A stretch of 64,000 nucleotides of DNA. Source: an uncultured Bacteroidales bacterium (GTDB lineage Bacteria > Bacteroidota > Bacteroidia > Bacteroidales > FEN-979). The translations under genes and the position numbers were made by a program. Shown piece by piece: positions 17,333-26,696 of the stretch (the stretch's first letter is position 1; each line of letters starts with the position of its first letter). The stretch covers positions 262,175 to 326,174 of the forward strand of contig CAWDBP010000008.1 in NCBI GenBank assembly GCA_963800585.1. The letters run 5' to 3'. The notes under the pieces are model-generated. The model searched no databases, was not told where the DNA came from, and saw only the letters and a list, made by a program, of their open reading frames with translations.

Positions 17333-18253
17333 TCAATCAAGGCTGTATACTAACATGACACCATTCCCAACATGACTTATCGGAAGGACCTTTAACTTTT
17401 TTATATGGTTATTCATGATCGTTCTTCCGATGGCAAAACCTAATGCCGATCCAACAAATACATCTGAGAACCAGTGATCATTCTGGTAAACGCGGGAGGC
17501 AGCAGTAAGCCCTGCAAGAGTATAGCAAACAATTGGAACCCAGATAGTCTGGCTGTATGCAGTTGCGATAACCGTAGCAACAGCAAAAATATTAGTAGAA
17601 TGTCCTGACGGAAATGAGCTGTTAATAGTAAGACTTAACGGGCCATTCCATATATCCGGATTGGCTGGATCACTCTGATAAGGCCGGTGACGATTTGTAA
17701 GTTGTTTCATTATATTGTCAGCAATGAAACCTAACAGATAGGCTTCTGCTCCCTTTAATGCCGTATAACGTGCTTTATCATTTTTGATTATTGCTCCAAC
17801 ACCATACAGAACACCCAATGCGGGCAGGGAATATAGGCCGCTACCCAAGCGCTCTAACCCATATTTTGAGACACTGTTCCAAAGAGGAGTCTGGTTCTTC
17901 TGAACTACTTTTTGAATGTTGGCATCTTGAGTATATAAAACACCTGCCACCACAACAATACCTGAGACTGCAATCCATTGATATTTATTCCATCGGCCGG
18001 GTGAAATCAGGATGTCCCTAGAATCAGTAAGGATGGATTTAAAATAGCCTATGTCCGGGACTATAGAAGGAGTCCTTTCATTTCTGGGAATGGAACTAAG
18101 CGGTTTTGCGGCTATAGAATCATCCGCAGCCATCGCCTTGAGTTTCTTTGCAGAAATTGTATCAGTCTGAGCAAACGAAGGGAATTGAAGACTTAACAGG
18201 AGCACTAGTAAAAACAAGAGTTGTTTTCTCATATAAATCAACCTGGTAGCCAT
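17333..18253 (-). CDS. PAP2-family lipid phosphatase
   Basis: KQLTNRHRP, PSGHS and SRVYQNDHWFSD are the three PAP2 signature motifs. Signal peptide plus TM segments. Confidence 0.85.
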   Translation of the reverse strand: MATRLIYMRKQLLFLLVLLLSLQFPSFAQTDTISAKKLKAMAADDSIAAKPLSSIPRNERTPSIVPDIGYFKSILTDSRDILISPGRWNKYQWIAVSGIVVVAGVLYTQDANIQKVVQKNQTPLWNSVSKYGLERLGSGLYSLPALGVLYGVGAIIKNDKARYTALKGAEAYLLGFIADNIMKQLTNRHRPYQSDPANPDIWNGPLSLTINSSFPSGHSTNIFAVATVIATAYSQTIWVPIVCYTLAGLTAASRVYQNDHWFSDVFVGSALGFAIGRTIMNNHIKKLKVLPISHVGNGVMLVYSLD

Positions 18254-18326
18254 ATTCCAAAGTTATTGAGTGATACTCGAGGTAACTTTTATTGTGACTA
18301 TGAAATTAAAATGTCAGCTGAAAATT

Positions 18327-18512
18327 CTATACATGGTAACTCATCAGGTAAGCTAAGACCCCGAATACTTTGAGTAACCAAACGATAACAACAATCACAA
18401 CCACAACATTGAAAATGGTTTTGATTTTATGGTCCATGGGGATGTAAGTATTGACAAGCCATAATATAAGACCTGCAACAACAAGTACGATTAAAATGGT
18501 TAATAGTGGCAT
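18327..18512 (-). CDS. Small two-helix membrane protein (61 aa)
   Basis: Hydrophobic ORF between genes on the same strand. Confidence 0.5.
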   Translation of the reverse strand: MPLLTILIVLVVAGLILWLVNTYIPMDHKIKTIFNVVVVIVVIVWLLKVFGVLAYLMSYHV

Positions 18513-18568
18513 AATAGATGGTTTAAGTTAGCAGAATATATTAAATAATTTAATGAACAATGAAGCTA

Positions 18569-18952
18569 TTAAGTAGCCATACTTTTGGGGGGGGTATCTT
18601 GTTGTGATGGTTGTTCCTTTTCCGCATTTTTACCTGGATTGGTTTGTTGTGGCTGTGAATGCTGCTGCTTTGGTGGTTGCCCAGGACCTTGAGGCTGTAA
18701 TTGCTCTTGCTTGGTAGGTTGACTATGATGTCGCGGATGTGCTTGTCTTTGCTTTGGCGCTTGACCAGGATGTTGCGGTTGGGCCTGTTGTGGTTTCGGC
18801 GGTTGAGCAGTATCGGGTTGCTGTTTTGGATTCTGAATATTAGGATTGTTTTTTTGTGCCAATGCTTCCTTTGCATATGCTTTTAACGGTGATATCCGTA
18901 TACTTATACAGAGCATAAGAATAAAAGAAAAGATCATCATTTTGGTTTTCAT
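18569..18952 (-). CDS. Secreted Pro/Gln-rich low-complexity protein
   Basis: Signal peptide MKTKMMIFSFILMLCISIRISPLKAYA, then P/Q/K-rich sequence. The 18550 ORF in another frame is rejected. Confidence 0.5.
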   Translation of the reverse strand: MKTKMMIFSFILMLCISIRISPLKAYAKEALAQKNNPNIQNPKQQPDTAQPPKPQQAQPQHPGQAPKQRQAHPRHHSQPTKQEQLQPQGPGQPPKQQHSQPQQTNPGKNAEKEQPSQQDTPPKSMAT

Positions 18953-19072
18953 AAACTTACCCTTTCTACTACATTTTCAATATTACTGCAGGTTCTAATT
19001 GCTTTTTCAAATTATCATTCTCGGTTTTTAATCCTTATCTTTCTACATCAATCACAGCAAACCAGGAAACGA

Positions 19073-20329
19073 TTAATGTGGAGGATTCTCTTCTTTGGTT
19101 TGAGAAGGATTTTCATGTTGTGGTTGTGATTGCTGCTGTCTGGGTGGTTGAGCGTTTTGTTGTTGCTGATGCTTGGCAGGTTGAGCATTGTGTTGTTGCT
19201 GTTGTTGCTTGGCAGGTTGAGCATTATGTTGCTGCTGTTGTGGTTGCTGTTGTTGCTTGGCAGGTTGAGCATTATGTTGCTGCTGTTGTGGTTGCTGTTG
19301 TTGCTTGGCAGGTTGAGCATTATGTTGCTGCTGTTGTGGTTGCTGCTGCTTAGCTGGTTGTACGGTGTGTTGCGGTTGCGTTTGTTGCTGCTTAGCTGGT
19401 TGTACGGTATGTTGCGGTTGCGTTTGTTGCTGCTTAGCTGGTTGAACGGTATGTTGCGGTGCCGTTTGTTGCTTAGCAGGTTGATTTACTTTTTGTGAAG
19501 GAGTTGCACCAGTTCTTTGTGCAGGAGGTTTCACATCTTTTAAACTTGCCACTTTGGAAGGGGCTGGTTTCTGTCCGTTGGAGCTCGTTTTTTGTACCTG
19601 AGGTCTGTATATTTGTAGCTGATTGTTACTCAAACTCTGGCCAGGTTTACTGCTTTCTTTAATTGCAACGGCAGTAACTGGTCTTCCACCCACTTTTTCT
19701 ACTTCCGCTTTCGCGGGACCTGCATTGTATGTTACATTGCGCTGTTTATCAATGCGGGTATCGTTAATGACTGTTGAACTCTTATAGATTGCAACATTGT
19801 TTGATCGGTTGATATAGTAATTATTGAGGTCTCTTCTTCCAAAATCCCTGTTTCTTACAAATGTCCACCGATCAGAAGGTACATTATAGGAATTACTGTA
19901 AGCTTCATTGATGCTGACCCCAGGTCCTATGGGTGCCCATCCATAATAATCCCCTGATCTTCTCCAGGTAACCCATCCGGGCCCCCATTCATTATCCGGA
20001 ACCCAAATCGGGCCATACTTTTGATCAGTGTACCAGCGACCGTAATGAAAAGGTGCCCATCCCCACGGGTAATTAGAAACCCATGTCCACCCTTCATCAG
20101 TGTATACCCAATGCCCGTTTGTGGAATAAGGAGAAAACCCGGGAGCCACATCAGGTACCCAAACATACCCGTATTCGGGATTGTCGAACCAGGTTCCATA
20201 GGGACTTAAATTATCATAAAATACCTGGAAATTCACGGGTCCACCTTGTGCGGATACTTTTTGTGGTGTTACCCATGTACCAACACAGAAAATAATAAGA
20301 ATCGAAAGAAAGAGCTTTTTGGTTTTCAT
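19073..20329 (-). CDS. Secreted protein with a W/Y/G-rich (DUF6600-like, YxWGxW-type) N-terminal domain and a Gln-rich repeat tail
   Basis: Signal peptide, then FYDNLSPYGTWFDNPEYGYVWVP...YPWGWAPFHYGRWY...GWAPIGP. The C-terminus has tandem HTVQPAKQQQTQPQ and QHNAQPAKQQQQPQQQ units. Confidence 0.6.
   Translation of the reverse strand: MKTKKLFLSILIIFCVGTWVTPQKVSAQGGPVNFQVFYDNLSPYGTWFDNPEYGYVWVPDVAPGFSPYSTNGHWVYTDEGWTWVSNYPWGWAPFHYGRWYTDQKYGPIWVPDNEWGPGWVTWRRSGDYYGWAPIGPGVSINEAYSNSYNVPSDRWTFVRNRDFGRRDLNNYYINRSNNVAIYKSSTVINDTRIDKQRNVTYNAGPAKAEVEKVGGRPVTAVAIKESSKPGQSLSNNQLQIYRPQVQKTSSNGQKPAPSKVASLKDVKPPAQRTGATPSQKVNQPAKQQTAPQHTVQPAKQQQTQPQHTVQPAKQQQTQPQHTVQPAKQQQPQQQQHNAQPAKQQQQPQQQQHNAQPAKQQQQPQQQQHNAQPAKQQQQQHNAQPAKHQQQQNAQPPRQQQSQPQHENPSQTKEENPPH
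19171..19480 (-). repeat. In-frame coding tandem repeats (48-bp and 42-bp units) encoding the Gln-rich tail
   Basis: 19207-19254 and 19255-19302 are identical 48-mers and the third copy differs near its end. Three 42-bp units follow at about 19348-19470. Confidence 0.85.
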
Positions 20330-20365
20330 ACATTTTACGTTTTTTGTGAAGAAATTATCACTTTA

Positions 20366-20434
20366 CAAAGTTGCACATCTTTATATGGATTTGTGTTACA
20401 CAACAATTGAAATAAGTTACATTATTCCCACATT
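20366..20434 (-). promoter_or_regulatory. Island promoter motif, copy 7 (drives the 20329->17333 minus-strand unit)
   Basis: Reverse complement reads AATGTGGGAATAATGTAAC-N15-TGTAACAC-N24-TTTG (CAACTTTGTAAAGTGA). Lies 36 nt upstream of the ATG. Confidence 0.65.
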
Positions 20435-20441
20435 TGAAGAT

Positions 20442-20469
20442 ATGGTCACATAATGAGTTTTGTGACCAT
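20442..20469 (-). terminator. Perfect 9-bp hairpin (ATGGTCACA-N10-TGTGACCAT) overlapping the stop of the 804-aa gene and abutting motif copy 7
   Basis: Inverted repeat read directly. No T-run follows, so it could be a terminator, a processing site or a protein-binding palindrome. Confidence 0.35.
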
Positions 20470-22883
20470 CATAGACTTATTTCAGAAAGCGTGCTTTTAT
20501 TTTGCTTACGTTCCTTTTTGAACTTTTCCCTGGGTGCTTCATCATTTAATTCATTCATTTTCCGGTAAGCCTTGATCAAGGCATCCGGAAATTCATCTTT
20601 GTAGACAATTTTAAAGAATGAAAATCCATTGTATGGGATGCTTTCTTCGGCTGGATAAATTTTTACACGGTTGTCCACATTATTTTTCCTGAACTGCAGC
20701 ATAAAGGCGTTTTCTCTTTCTTTATTTAATTGATTGAATCTGGCAGTGATAATAGCTGAACCAATGAATTTGTTACATTTTTCCTGTATCGTAAACATTT
20801 GGTTTCCACCAACCTTTGTGTTTAGATACCGAACAAACAAAGAATCTTTTACCGACATTTTATCAACATCAAGGGAATCATCCTTACTGAAAAGCTTATC
20901 GTTACTGGCTTTCAATGAGATAGAATATTTTTTTTTGGCTTCAAAAAAACTGATGTGTTCTTTTTCTTTTTCAGCGTATTGCACAGGAAAAACAATTATA
21001 GATGCATCAGGATTATTTTTCAGAAAATCAACCATCCTGTTTACAAACTTTTCTTGGGAAGTCAGTAGTGCAGGCTGCCGGAATTTCCATTTTAGTGTAA
21101 GGGATTTTTCAATTTCAGTTTCTGTATTTTTCACCTGCAATCTATAACCAGTTGTAGCTGGTTTGACAAAAATGTTTGCAAGCAGATCCATGATCACATC
21201 ATGTAAATGAAATTTTGGATTTTTTATATTACCGGTTATAGGAATTTCATAATCAATAACGTTGCCACGATCACGGATTAAAGACATGATCAAAGGCATG
21301 GGAAGCCATTTTGTATCCTTATTTCTCAATCGCCTGGTTACACGTGGATCAATTATCACCAGGTGATTAACACTTTGCAGGATTTTATTTCGAAGGTTCC
21401 ATGTACCATTGAAATCAATGGTCCCCCGGTCCAGCGGGAAAGAAGTATATGTGACAAGATAGGGATTAAACATAGAGACAGGTACCCGTTGAATATGATA
21501 CTGCATATTGAAATCTCCGTTCTGTTTCGGGTTTATGCTCAGGGATACCGAGATAGTGCCATAAGGCTGAATCCCGGATTTGAGAAATGCGTTTACCTGT
21601 TTTTGATTTTTGCCGACAGAATCTGCTAGAAAATAAAGAGGGTTTACAGCAATGGAAAATTTCTCGCTTACCGCAAAGTCATTGAAAAGAAAATTGCCTT
21701 TGGATATTGCCAGATGGTTAATGTTGTATTCACTCTGGAAAAAATTTTGTGCAAGTCCTTTTATATATTTGCCAATCGTAAGGATCAAGTTAAACCTTCC
21801 GGGTGCAGACATGAAAGCAGATACATTTGTTCCGTTTTTACCGAACATCCTTTGCAGATTATCTAAATAATCATAGCGCTCATATTTGAAAAAAGGATGG
21901 CTTAGGGATAAAGAATCGAAACGGTACTGGTGGTTCTTCGGGCTCAGTTCAATTATTTGTATTGTCAATTTGTCGAAGGAGGCATAATCCTCATTCGGAT
22001 TTTTACCGATATGAAAATCATTGAATTCAAGCAGCCCTTTTGCAATTAAATTTTCCAGGTCTTTAAAATTTCCGCTTGCCGTGATATTTGCATCAAGGTT
22101 GGATCTGAATTTTCCATAATTAACCAAAACCGTAAGGTACTGTTCCAAAAATTTTAAATCAAATTTGTGAACAAAAATCACAAAATGATAATCAAGATTT
22201 TTAAAATTGATTGTAAAAATACCTTTAGCGCTTCCGGTTGTAGGACCTGACAGGAAAGAATATTTTACAGCCAGGGTATCCGCATTCCAATGTTTTCCTT
22301 CACTTTCAAAATTTGCATCTTTAATAAAATAAATGAACGGTGTAACTTTATCGTGATACCAGAATTCACCATTTCTTATTGTGATCTTTTTAATATTAAA
22401 ATGAAACCCTGCCCGTTTTGAATGAAACTTTTTTGGAGTAAACAGTTTTATCAGATCTCTGAAGTTTACTTCATTCTTGTTTTGAATAATGATTCCCTTT
22501 GGACTGTCTAATGTGATTTCAGTTATTTCAACTGTTTTTGCTAAAAGCTTCAACACTGCAAAATTTGCACTTACACCTTTTGCTGAAAAGAAGATACTGT
22601 CGCCAGTTTTAAACTCTGGCAGGTTTTTTGATTCATAGATTTTCAGATTGCTGATATGAACATAACCGGTAAATGGATTTATATAAATCCAACTCATTTC
22701 AATCTGCCTTCCCAGGTATTTCAACACATACTTTTCTGCCAGGTACTTTTCGATTGGCGAGAGCAACAGAATAACAACCGTTACCATAATGATGATGGAA
22801 CCGGTTACAATAAGAAAAGTTTTTTGTATTTTGGTAATTACAATTTTCATTTCAAAATTACATAAACCCGGGTATCTCTTCAC
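20469..22883 (-). CDS. Large N-terminally anchored envelope protein (possibly AsmA/DUF748-like)
   Basis: 804-aa ORF with a single N-terminal TM helix and then a long soluble region. The start is more likely the Met at 22850 (MKIVITK...). The family call is tentative. Confidence 0.45.
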   Translation of the reverse strand: MKRYPGLCNFEMKIVITKIQKTFLIVTGSIIIMVTVVILLLSPIEKYLAEKYVLKYLGRQIEMSWIYINPFTGYVHISNLKIYESKNLPEFKTGDSIFFSAKGVSANFAVLKLLAKTVEITEITLDSPKGIIIQNKNEVNFRDLIKLFTPKKFHSKRAGFHFNIKKITIRNGEFWYHDKVTPFIYFIKDANFESEGKHWNADTLAVKYSFLSGPTTGSAKGIFTINFKNLDYHFVIFVHKFDLKFLEQYLTVLVNYGKFRSNLDANITASGNFKDLENLIAKGLLEFNDFHIGKNPNEDYASFDKLTIQIIELSPKNHQYRFDSLSLSHPFFKYERYDYLDNLQRMFGKNGTNVSAFMSAPGRFNLILTIGKYIKGLAQNFFQSEYNINHLAISKGNFLFNDFAVSEKFSIAVNPLYFLADSVGKNQKQVNAFLKSGIQPYGTISVSLSINPKQNGDFNMQYHIQRVPVSMFNPYLVTYTSFPLDRGTIDFNGTWNLRNKILQSVNHLVIIDPRVTRRLRNKDTKWLPMPLIMSLIRDRGNVIDYEIPITGNIKNPKFHLHDVIMDLLANIFVKPATTGYRLQVKNTETEIEKSLTLKWKFRQPALLTSQEKFVNRMVDFLKNNPDASIIVFPVQYAEKEKEHISFFEAKKKYSISLKASNDKLFSKDDSLDVDKMSVKDSLFVRYLNTKVGGNQMFTIQEKCNKFIGSAIITARFNQLNKERENAFMLQFRKNNVDNRVKIYPAEESIPYNGFSFFKIVYKDEFPDALIKAYRKMNELNDEAPREKFKKERKQNKSTLSEISL

Positions 22884-22902
22884 TTACCCTGATTTCTGCG
22901 TT

Positions 22903-23823
22903 TTAATTGCCTGGAGGGAGAGTATGTTTATCTGATAATTTCCAGCAGACACTTATACCCACTTCATCAGGGGAAGAGCACAAGCCTAAAGAAAGATATT
23001 TACTGAATGGATATTTATGGATTGCAGGAACGACAATTCCAATAACCGCCCCCAACCCAAAACCCACTGCAACATCAGATGGAAAATGATCCAATGATCT
23101 TATTCGTGCATATCCGATTGCCAAAGGGGGAACCGAAGCAGCGAGGTACAAAAGATATTTTAATGCTCCGATTTCAGGATGATAATCGCAATACACCTTG
23201 ACCATGAAAAAAGTCGTGTAAGCACATGAAGCTGTATGTCCGCTATAAAATGAATTGCGGTTGTTTTGATTCTCGCGATCACTGGTAGATAATTCGGGAT
23301 AGTAAACTGCAGGTCTGTAACGGTTCTGAAACCATGGTCCAAGAGGGCTATAATTGTAAACCGTAAAAGTGATTGTATGCCCTTCCACATACATAAACAG
23401 CAGACGAAGCCAATCCTTGCGGATTTTTTTATCAATCATGAGCAAACTGGGTAACAGAAAAATGCCAATTTCTCCGTCATCGGAAATATTCTTCCAGAGG
23501 GTACGGTCTGATGTAGGTTGTCTTAACGACCACCTGTCAAAAGTGTTGATTAAATCTTTCTGCTGATCAGAATTCGCAAAAGTGAGTTCTGCATCAGAAA
23601 GGGTCGGCTTGCTTTTTAACCGGGGGATGGCAAATAAATCACCAACCATTCCAACGCAGATAATAGACCCCTCTACAAAGTAGTTTATATGGTAAACCTT
23701 TGTTCTTACATGCTTTACGTCCTTTCTAACTGTATCGTTACTTTTTACGATAGAGTCGGCTGTACTGCAAAAAGAAGAGATGCAAATAATCAGACCAGCC
23801 AATAAACAAAATAGGTTTCTCAT
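22903..23823 (-). CDS. PAP2-family phosphatase (second copy in the island)
   Basis: FYSGHTAS and RIRSLDHFPSDVAVG motifs. Signal peptide and several TM segments. Confidence 0.75.
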   Translation of the reverse strand: MRNLFCLLAGLIICISSFCSTADSIVKSNDTVRKDVKHVRTKVYHINYFVEGSIICVGMVGDLFAIPRLKSKPTLSDAELTFANSDQQKDLINTFDRWSLRQPTSDRTLWKNISDDGEIGIFLLPSLLMIDKKIRKDWLRLLFMYVEGHTITFTVYNYSPLGPWFQNRYRPAVYYPELSTSDRENQNNRNSFYSGHTASCAYTTFFMVKVYCDYHPEIGALKYLLYLAASVPPLAIGYARIRSLDHFPSDVAVGFGLGAVIGIVVPAIHKYPFSKYLSLGLCSSPDEVGISVCWKLSDKHTLPPGN

Positions 23824-23911
23824 GATGCAAAATATTTATTTCAAGTAGTTTACTTCATTTCTATCGTTCATCATTTAGCTGATATTAATTTATGAAGTGA
23901 TTCTCACTTTA

Positions 23912-23980
23912 CAAAGGTGCGTCGATTGTTCCCGGAATGCCTTACACAATTGCAGAAAAGAGTTACATTATTCACACATT
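23912..23980 (-). promoter_or_regulatory. Island promoter motif, copy 8 (drives PAP2 + the 804-aa gene)
   Basis: Reverse complement reads AATGTGTGAATAATGTAAC-N15-TGTAAGGC-N24-TTTG (CACCTTTGTAAAGTGA). Confidence 0.6.
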
Positions 23981-24026
23981 TTCAGCCTTGTTGGGTTTTT
24001 GTGTTTATCATGTGATCACCTTCCCG

Positions 24027-24095
24027 AATGTGTGAAATATGTAAGATAAATTTGAATTTATGTAACGCTTCTTCCTTAAATGGTACTCAACTTTG
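24027..24095 (+). promoter_or_regulatory. Island promoter motif, copy 9 (divergent partner of copy 8)
   Basis: AATGTGTGAAATATGTAAG-N15-TGTAACGC-N24-TTTG (CAACTTTG box at 24088-24095). Confidence 0.6.
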
Positions 24096-24127
24096 TAACG
24101 GTAATATTCACTGAAAAAACAGTCAGA

Positions 24128-26137
24128 TTGACAACCTTTGAACGGTTTATATTGAGGATTTTTTTCTCTGTCTTTTTCTTTTTAATTTTTTTATTTCCTT
24201 CGTGGGGCCAGGAAAATCCTAAACACCGTAAGGTTACGGTTTCTTTCGATACCATCTCCATTAAGAAAGGAACCTGGTTTAAGTATAAAGAGAAGACCTA
24301 CAAGATACTTAAAGACACGGTTTTTATCATACAATCCTCTGAGAGCTCATCGGTAAGTGGAGAAAATGCAAAACGATCAACCACTTTTTACGATTCTGTT
24401 TATAAAAAATTCTCACGAAGGAAATTCACTCGTCTGTTATATGGACTGGCTTTTAAACCTAATGATATACAACCTTTATCAGACAATTCGCATAAGGTTA
24501 AAAGCGAAGTGCCGTTTAACAAGTACAAGGGAAAGGTAATCCGGCATATCCGTATCGTAACCATGGATCCCTTTGGGACCAGCATTTACGATACTTTGGC
24601 AAATATACAAACCAGCATTGGCAGTTTCCTGAATGCAGTGCATATAAAAACCCTTTCCTCGGTTATTCGGAAAAACCTGTTCATCAAAGAAGGGCAGAAA
24701 GTTGATCCCTTCCTGTTAGCCGATAATGAACGGAATATCCGGCAGATGTCATGCATCGATGATGTTAAAACCTATGTCACAGTTCCTTATCATTCCAAAG
24801 ATTCAGTGGATATCATCATAGTCACCAAGGATGTGTTCTCGATCGGGGCCAGCGTGTTGACAGCGACCACAAGCAGCCTGGCAGTTCGTCTTTACGATGG
24901 AAATTTCCTCGGGTTGGACGACAGGCTTAGCACCGATTTTTCCTTCAAAGAAAAACGGCAACCGTTTTTTTGTATCAATGGTGCATCTTTCTCCTACGAT
25001 AACATTGCAGGGACTTTCCTCGGTACTTTAATTTCATATAACAGGGATGACATAGGTGACCAATCCCTGGGGCTTTTCTTCAACCGGAGTTTCTATTCCA
25101 TTTTGACCAAATGGGCTTTTGGCGCTGGATACCAGTATAATAGAATGGTGGTGGAAAAGCAAATTAACGAAGAAGAAAATACCTTCGTACCAGAAATCAG
25201 TTATTATAACGATTTAAACTTATGGGGCGGTCGTGCCTTCCAAATCAAGAATAATACGATTCCAACACGCTTCGTGATTGCAGAATCGTTCTTCAACAGG
25301 TCATTTTCTTCCCGGCCCGGATTCTCAATTGATTACAATAAAATATATTACAACACTACGCGATTCCTTACAGGTTTTGCATTTTCAGCGAACAATTATT
25401 ACCTGTCCGATTATATTCTCCATTTTGGAAAGCCAGAGATTATCCCTTATGGGAGAGCTTTCAAGGTCACGCTGGGGCCTGAATTCAACGATTATTATAC
25501 AAGACTCTACGGGAGTGTTGATCTTTCAGCAGGTGATTTTATAAATGGATTCGGATACCTTTCGGGCAGGGCAGTGCTGGGAGGATATCTTTATCACAAA
25601 TCAGCCGAAGACTGTGTTCTGAAGATAAGCCTGAAATACTTGTCTCCCTTGTTTGTGACCAGGAATAAAAAATTCAGGTTTCGTAATTATTTCTCTTCTG
25701 ATTACCGTTTCGGTTTCAATTTCCGGAAAAACAACCTCGATTATAGTGATATCAACAGAGACTTCCTCATCAACCAGGTAAAGTTCGATACTCTCTTATA
25801 TGGAATAAAATCATTATCCGCAGCTCTCTCGGTGATCATGTATACACCGATTTATTTTTACGGATTCAGGTTTGCCTTTATGCTACAAGGGAAAGGTGGC
25901 TTTGTGGCTCCTGCCGGGGAATCTCTTTTTCACCAACCCTTATGGACCGGTGTGGGATTGGGGATACTGATCAGGAATGACAACCTTATCTTTCCTCCTT
26001 TACTGATCTCCTGCTTTTATTATCCCTCGATACCTCATGGAGTAGCTTGGTGGCAATTCGGCTTCAATCAGGACACTGGGATCCTTCTTCCTGACTATAA
26101 TGTCACAATGCCTCAAACGGAAACTCTTCAAAATTAA
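24128..26137 (+). CDS. Putative outer-membrane Omp85/BamA-superfamily protein (POTRA-like segment plus a large beta-rich domain)
   Basis: The ORF-track start at 24080 lies upstream of the predicted -7 box. An in-frame TTG at 24128 gives a plausible signal peptide (TTFERFILRIFFSVFFFLIFLFPSWGQ). A POTRA-like stretch reads GKVIRHIRIVTMDPFG...LFIKEGQKVDPFLLADNERNIRQ. Both the start and the family call are uncertain. Confidence 0.45.
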   Translation: MTTFERFILRIFFSVFFFLIFLFPSWGQENPKHRKVTVSFDTISIKKGTWFKYKEKTYKILKDTVFIIQSSESSSVSGENAKRSTTFYDSVYKKFSRRKFTRLLYGLAFKPNDIQPLSDNSHKVKSEVPFNKYKGKVIRHIRIVTMDPFGTSIYDTLANIQTSIGSFLNAVHIKTLSSVIRKNLFIKEGQKVDPFLLADNERNIRQMSCIDDVKTYVTVPYHSKDSVDIIIVTKDVFSIGASVLTATTSSLAVRLYDGNFLGLDDRLSTDFSFKEKRQPFFCINGASFSYDNIAGTFLGTLISYNRDDIGDQSLGLFFNRSFYSILTKWAFGAGYQYNRMVVEKQINEEENTFVPEISYYNDLNLWGGRAFQIKNNTIPTRFVIAESFFNRSFSSRPGFSIDYNKIYYNTTRFLTGFAFSANNYYLSDYILHFGKPEIIPYGRAFKVTLGPEFNDYYTRLYGSVDLSAGDFINGFGYLSGRAVLGGYLYHKSAEDCVLKISLKYLSPLFVTRNKKFRFRNYFSSDYRFGFNFRKNNLDYSDINRDFLINQVKFDTLLYGIKSLSAALSVIMYTPIYFYGFRFAFMLQGKGGFVAPAGESLFHQPLWTGVGLGILIRNDNLIFPPLLISCFYYPSIPHGVAWWQFGFNQDTGILLPDYNVTMPQTETLQN

Positions 26138-26221
26138 ATCTTAAATGGTCGAGAAGGTCACATAATCATGTATTCTAATCTTTGTTATGTTTTTATGCTT
26201 AATCATCCGGTCATCTTTTCA

Positions 26222-26290
26222 AATGTGTGAATTATATAAACATTTTCCATAATGATGTAAAGGTTTCTGAAATTGCCGGGTTTACCTTTG
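26222..26290 (+). promoter_or_regulatory. Island promoter motif, copy 10 (degenerate repeat boxes)
   Basis: AATGTGTGAATTATATAAA-N15-TGTAAAGG-N24-TTTG (TACCTTTG box). Same 69-nt geometry. Confidence 0.5.
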
Positions 26291-26333
26291 TACAGCTAAA
26301 ACATATTCAATCTTAAATTTAATCCTCAAAAGT

Positions 26334-26594
26334 ATGGACACAAGTTTATTTCTTGTTATCACAGCGATTTTGAGTTTAATTGCAATTATTGTCTTTTTCA
26401 TAATGGCAATTAACCTGGGCAATATTCGTAAAAATGTACAATCAATACACAAAATGTTATCTGGTTGGGCAAAGGAAACAGGTTATGCAAAGGAAACAGG
26501 TTCCGGATCGACATACATCTGTAAAAATTGTAAGAAGAAATATGAAGGAACATTGGCTGTTTGTCCTCATTGTGGGAATCCCAATACCTATTGA
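26334..26594 (+). CDS. Small membrane-anchored zinc-ribbon protein
   Basis: N-terminal TM helix and a C-terminal CKNC...CPHC pair. Confidence 0.5.
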   Translation: MDTSLFLVITAILSLIAIIVFFIMAINLGNIRKNVQSIHKMLSGWAKETGYAKETGSGSTYICKNCKKKYEGTLAVCPHCGNPNTY

Positions 26595-26696
26595 AATTTT
26601 TTCCTCAATTTTAAAGATGTACACGAATTGATGAGCAATTGATGCTTTCGTAAGAATATAGTTTATTTATTTTAAAACCTTAAAATCATTCAAATC

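Noticed and set aside
19048-19498. CRISPR-like regular repeats and three overlapping ORFs (19048-19320 -, 19078-19353 +, 19130-19498 +)
   Set aside because: The repeats are contiguous with no unique spacers, and they lie in frame within the 418-aa gene, where they encode Gln-rich units. The extra ORFs are alternative-frame artefacts of the low-complexity repeat.
24080-24127. ATG at 24080 as the start of the Omp85-like gene
   Set aside because: It lies upstream of the predicted -7 box (24088-24095) of motif copy 9, so it would not be on the transcript if that promoter is real. An in-frame TTG at 24128 gives a sensible signal peptide. The start remains uncertain.
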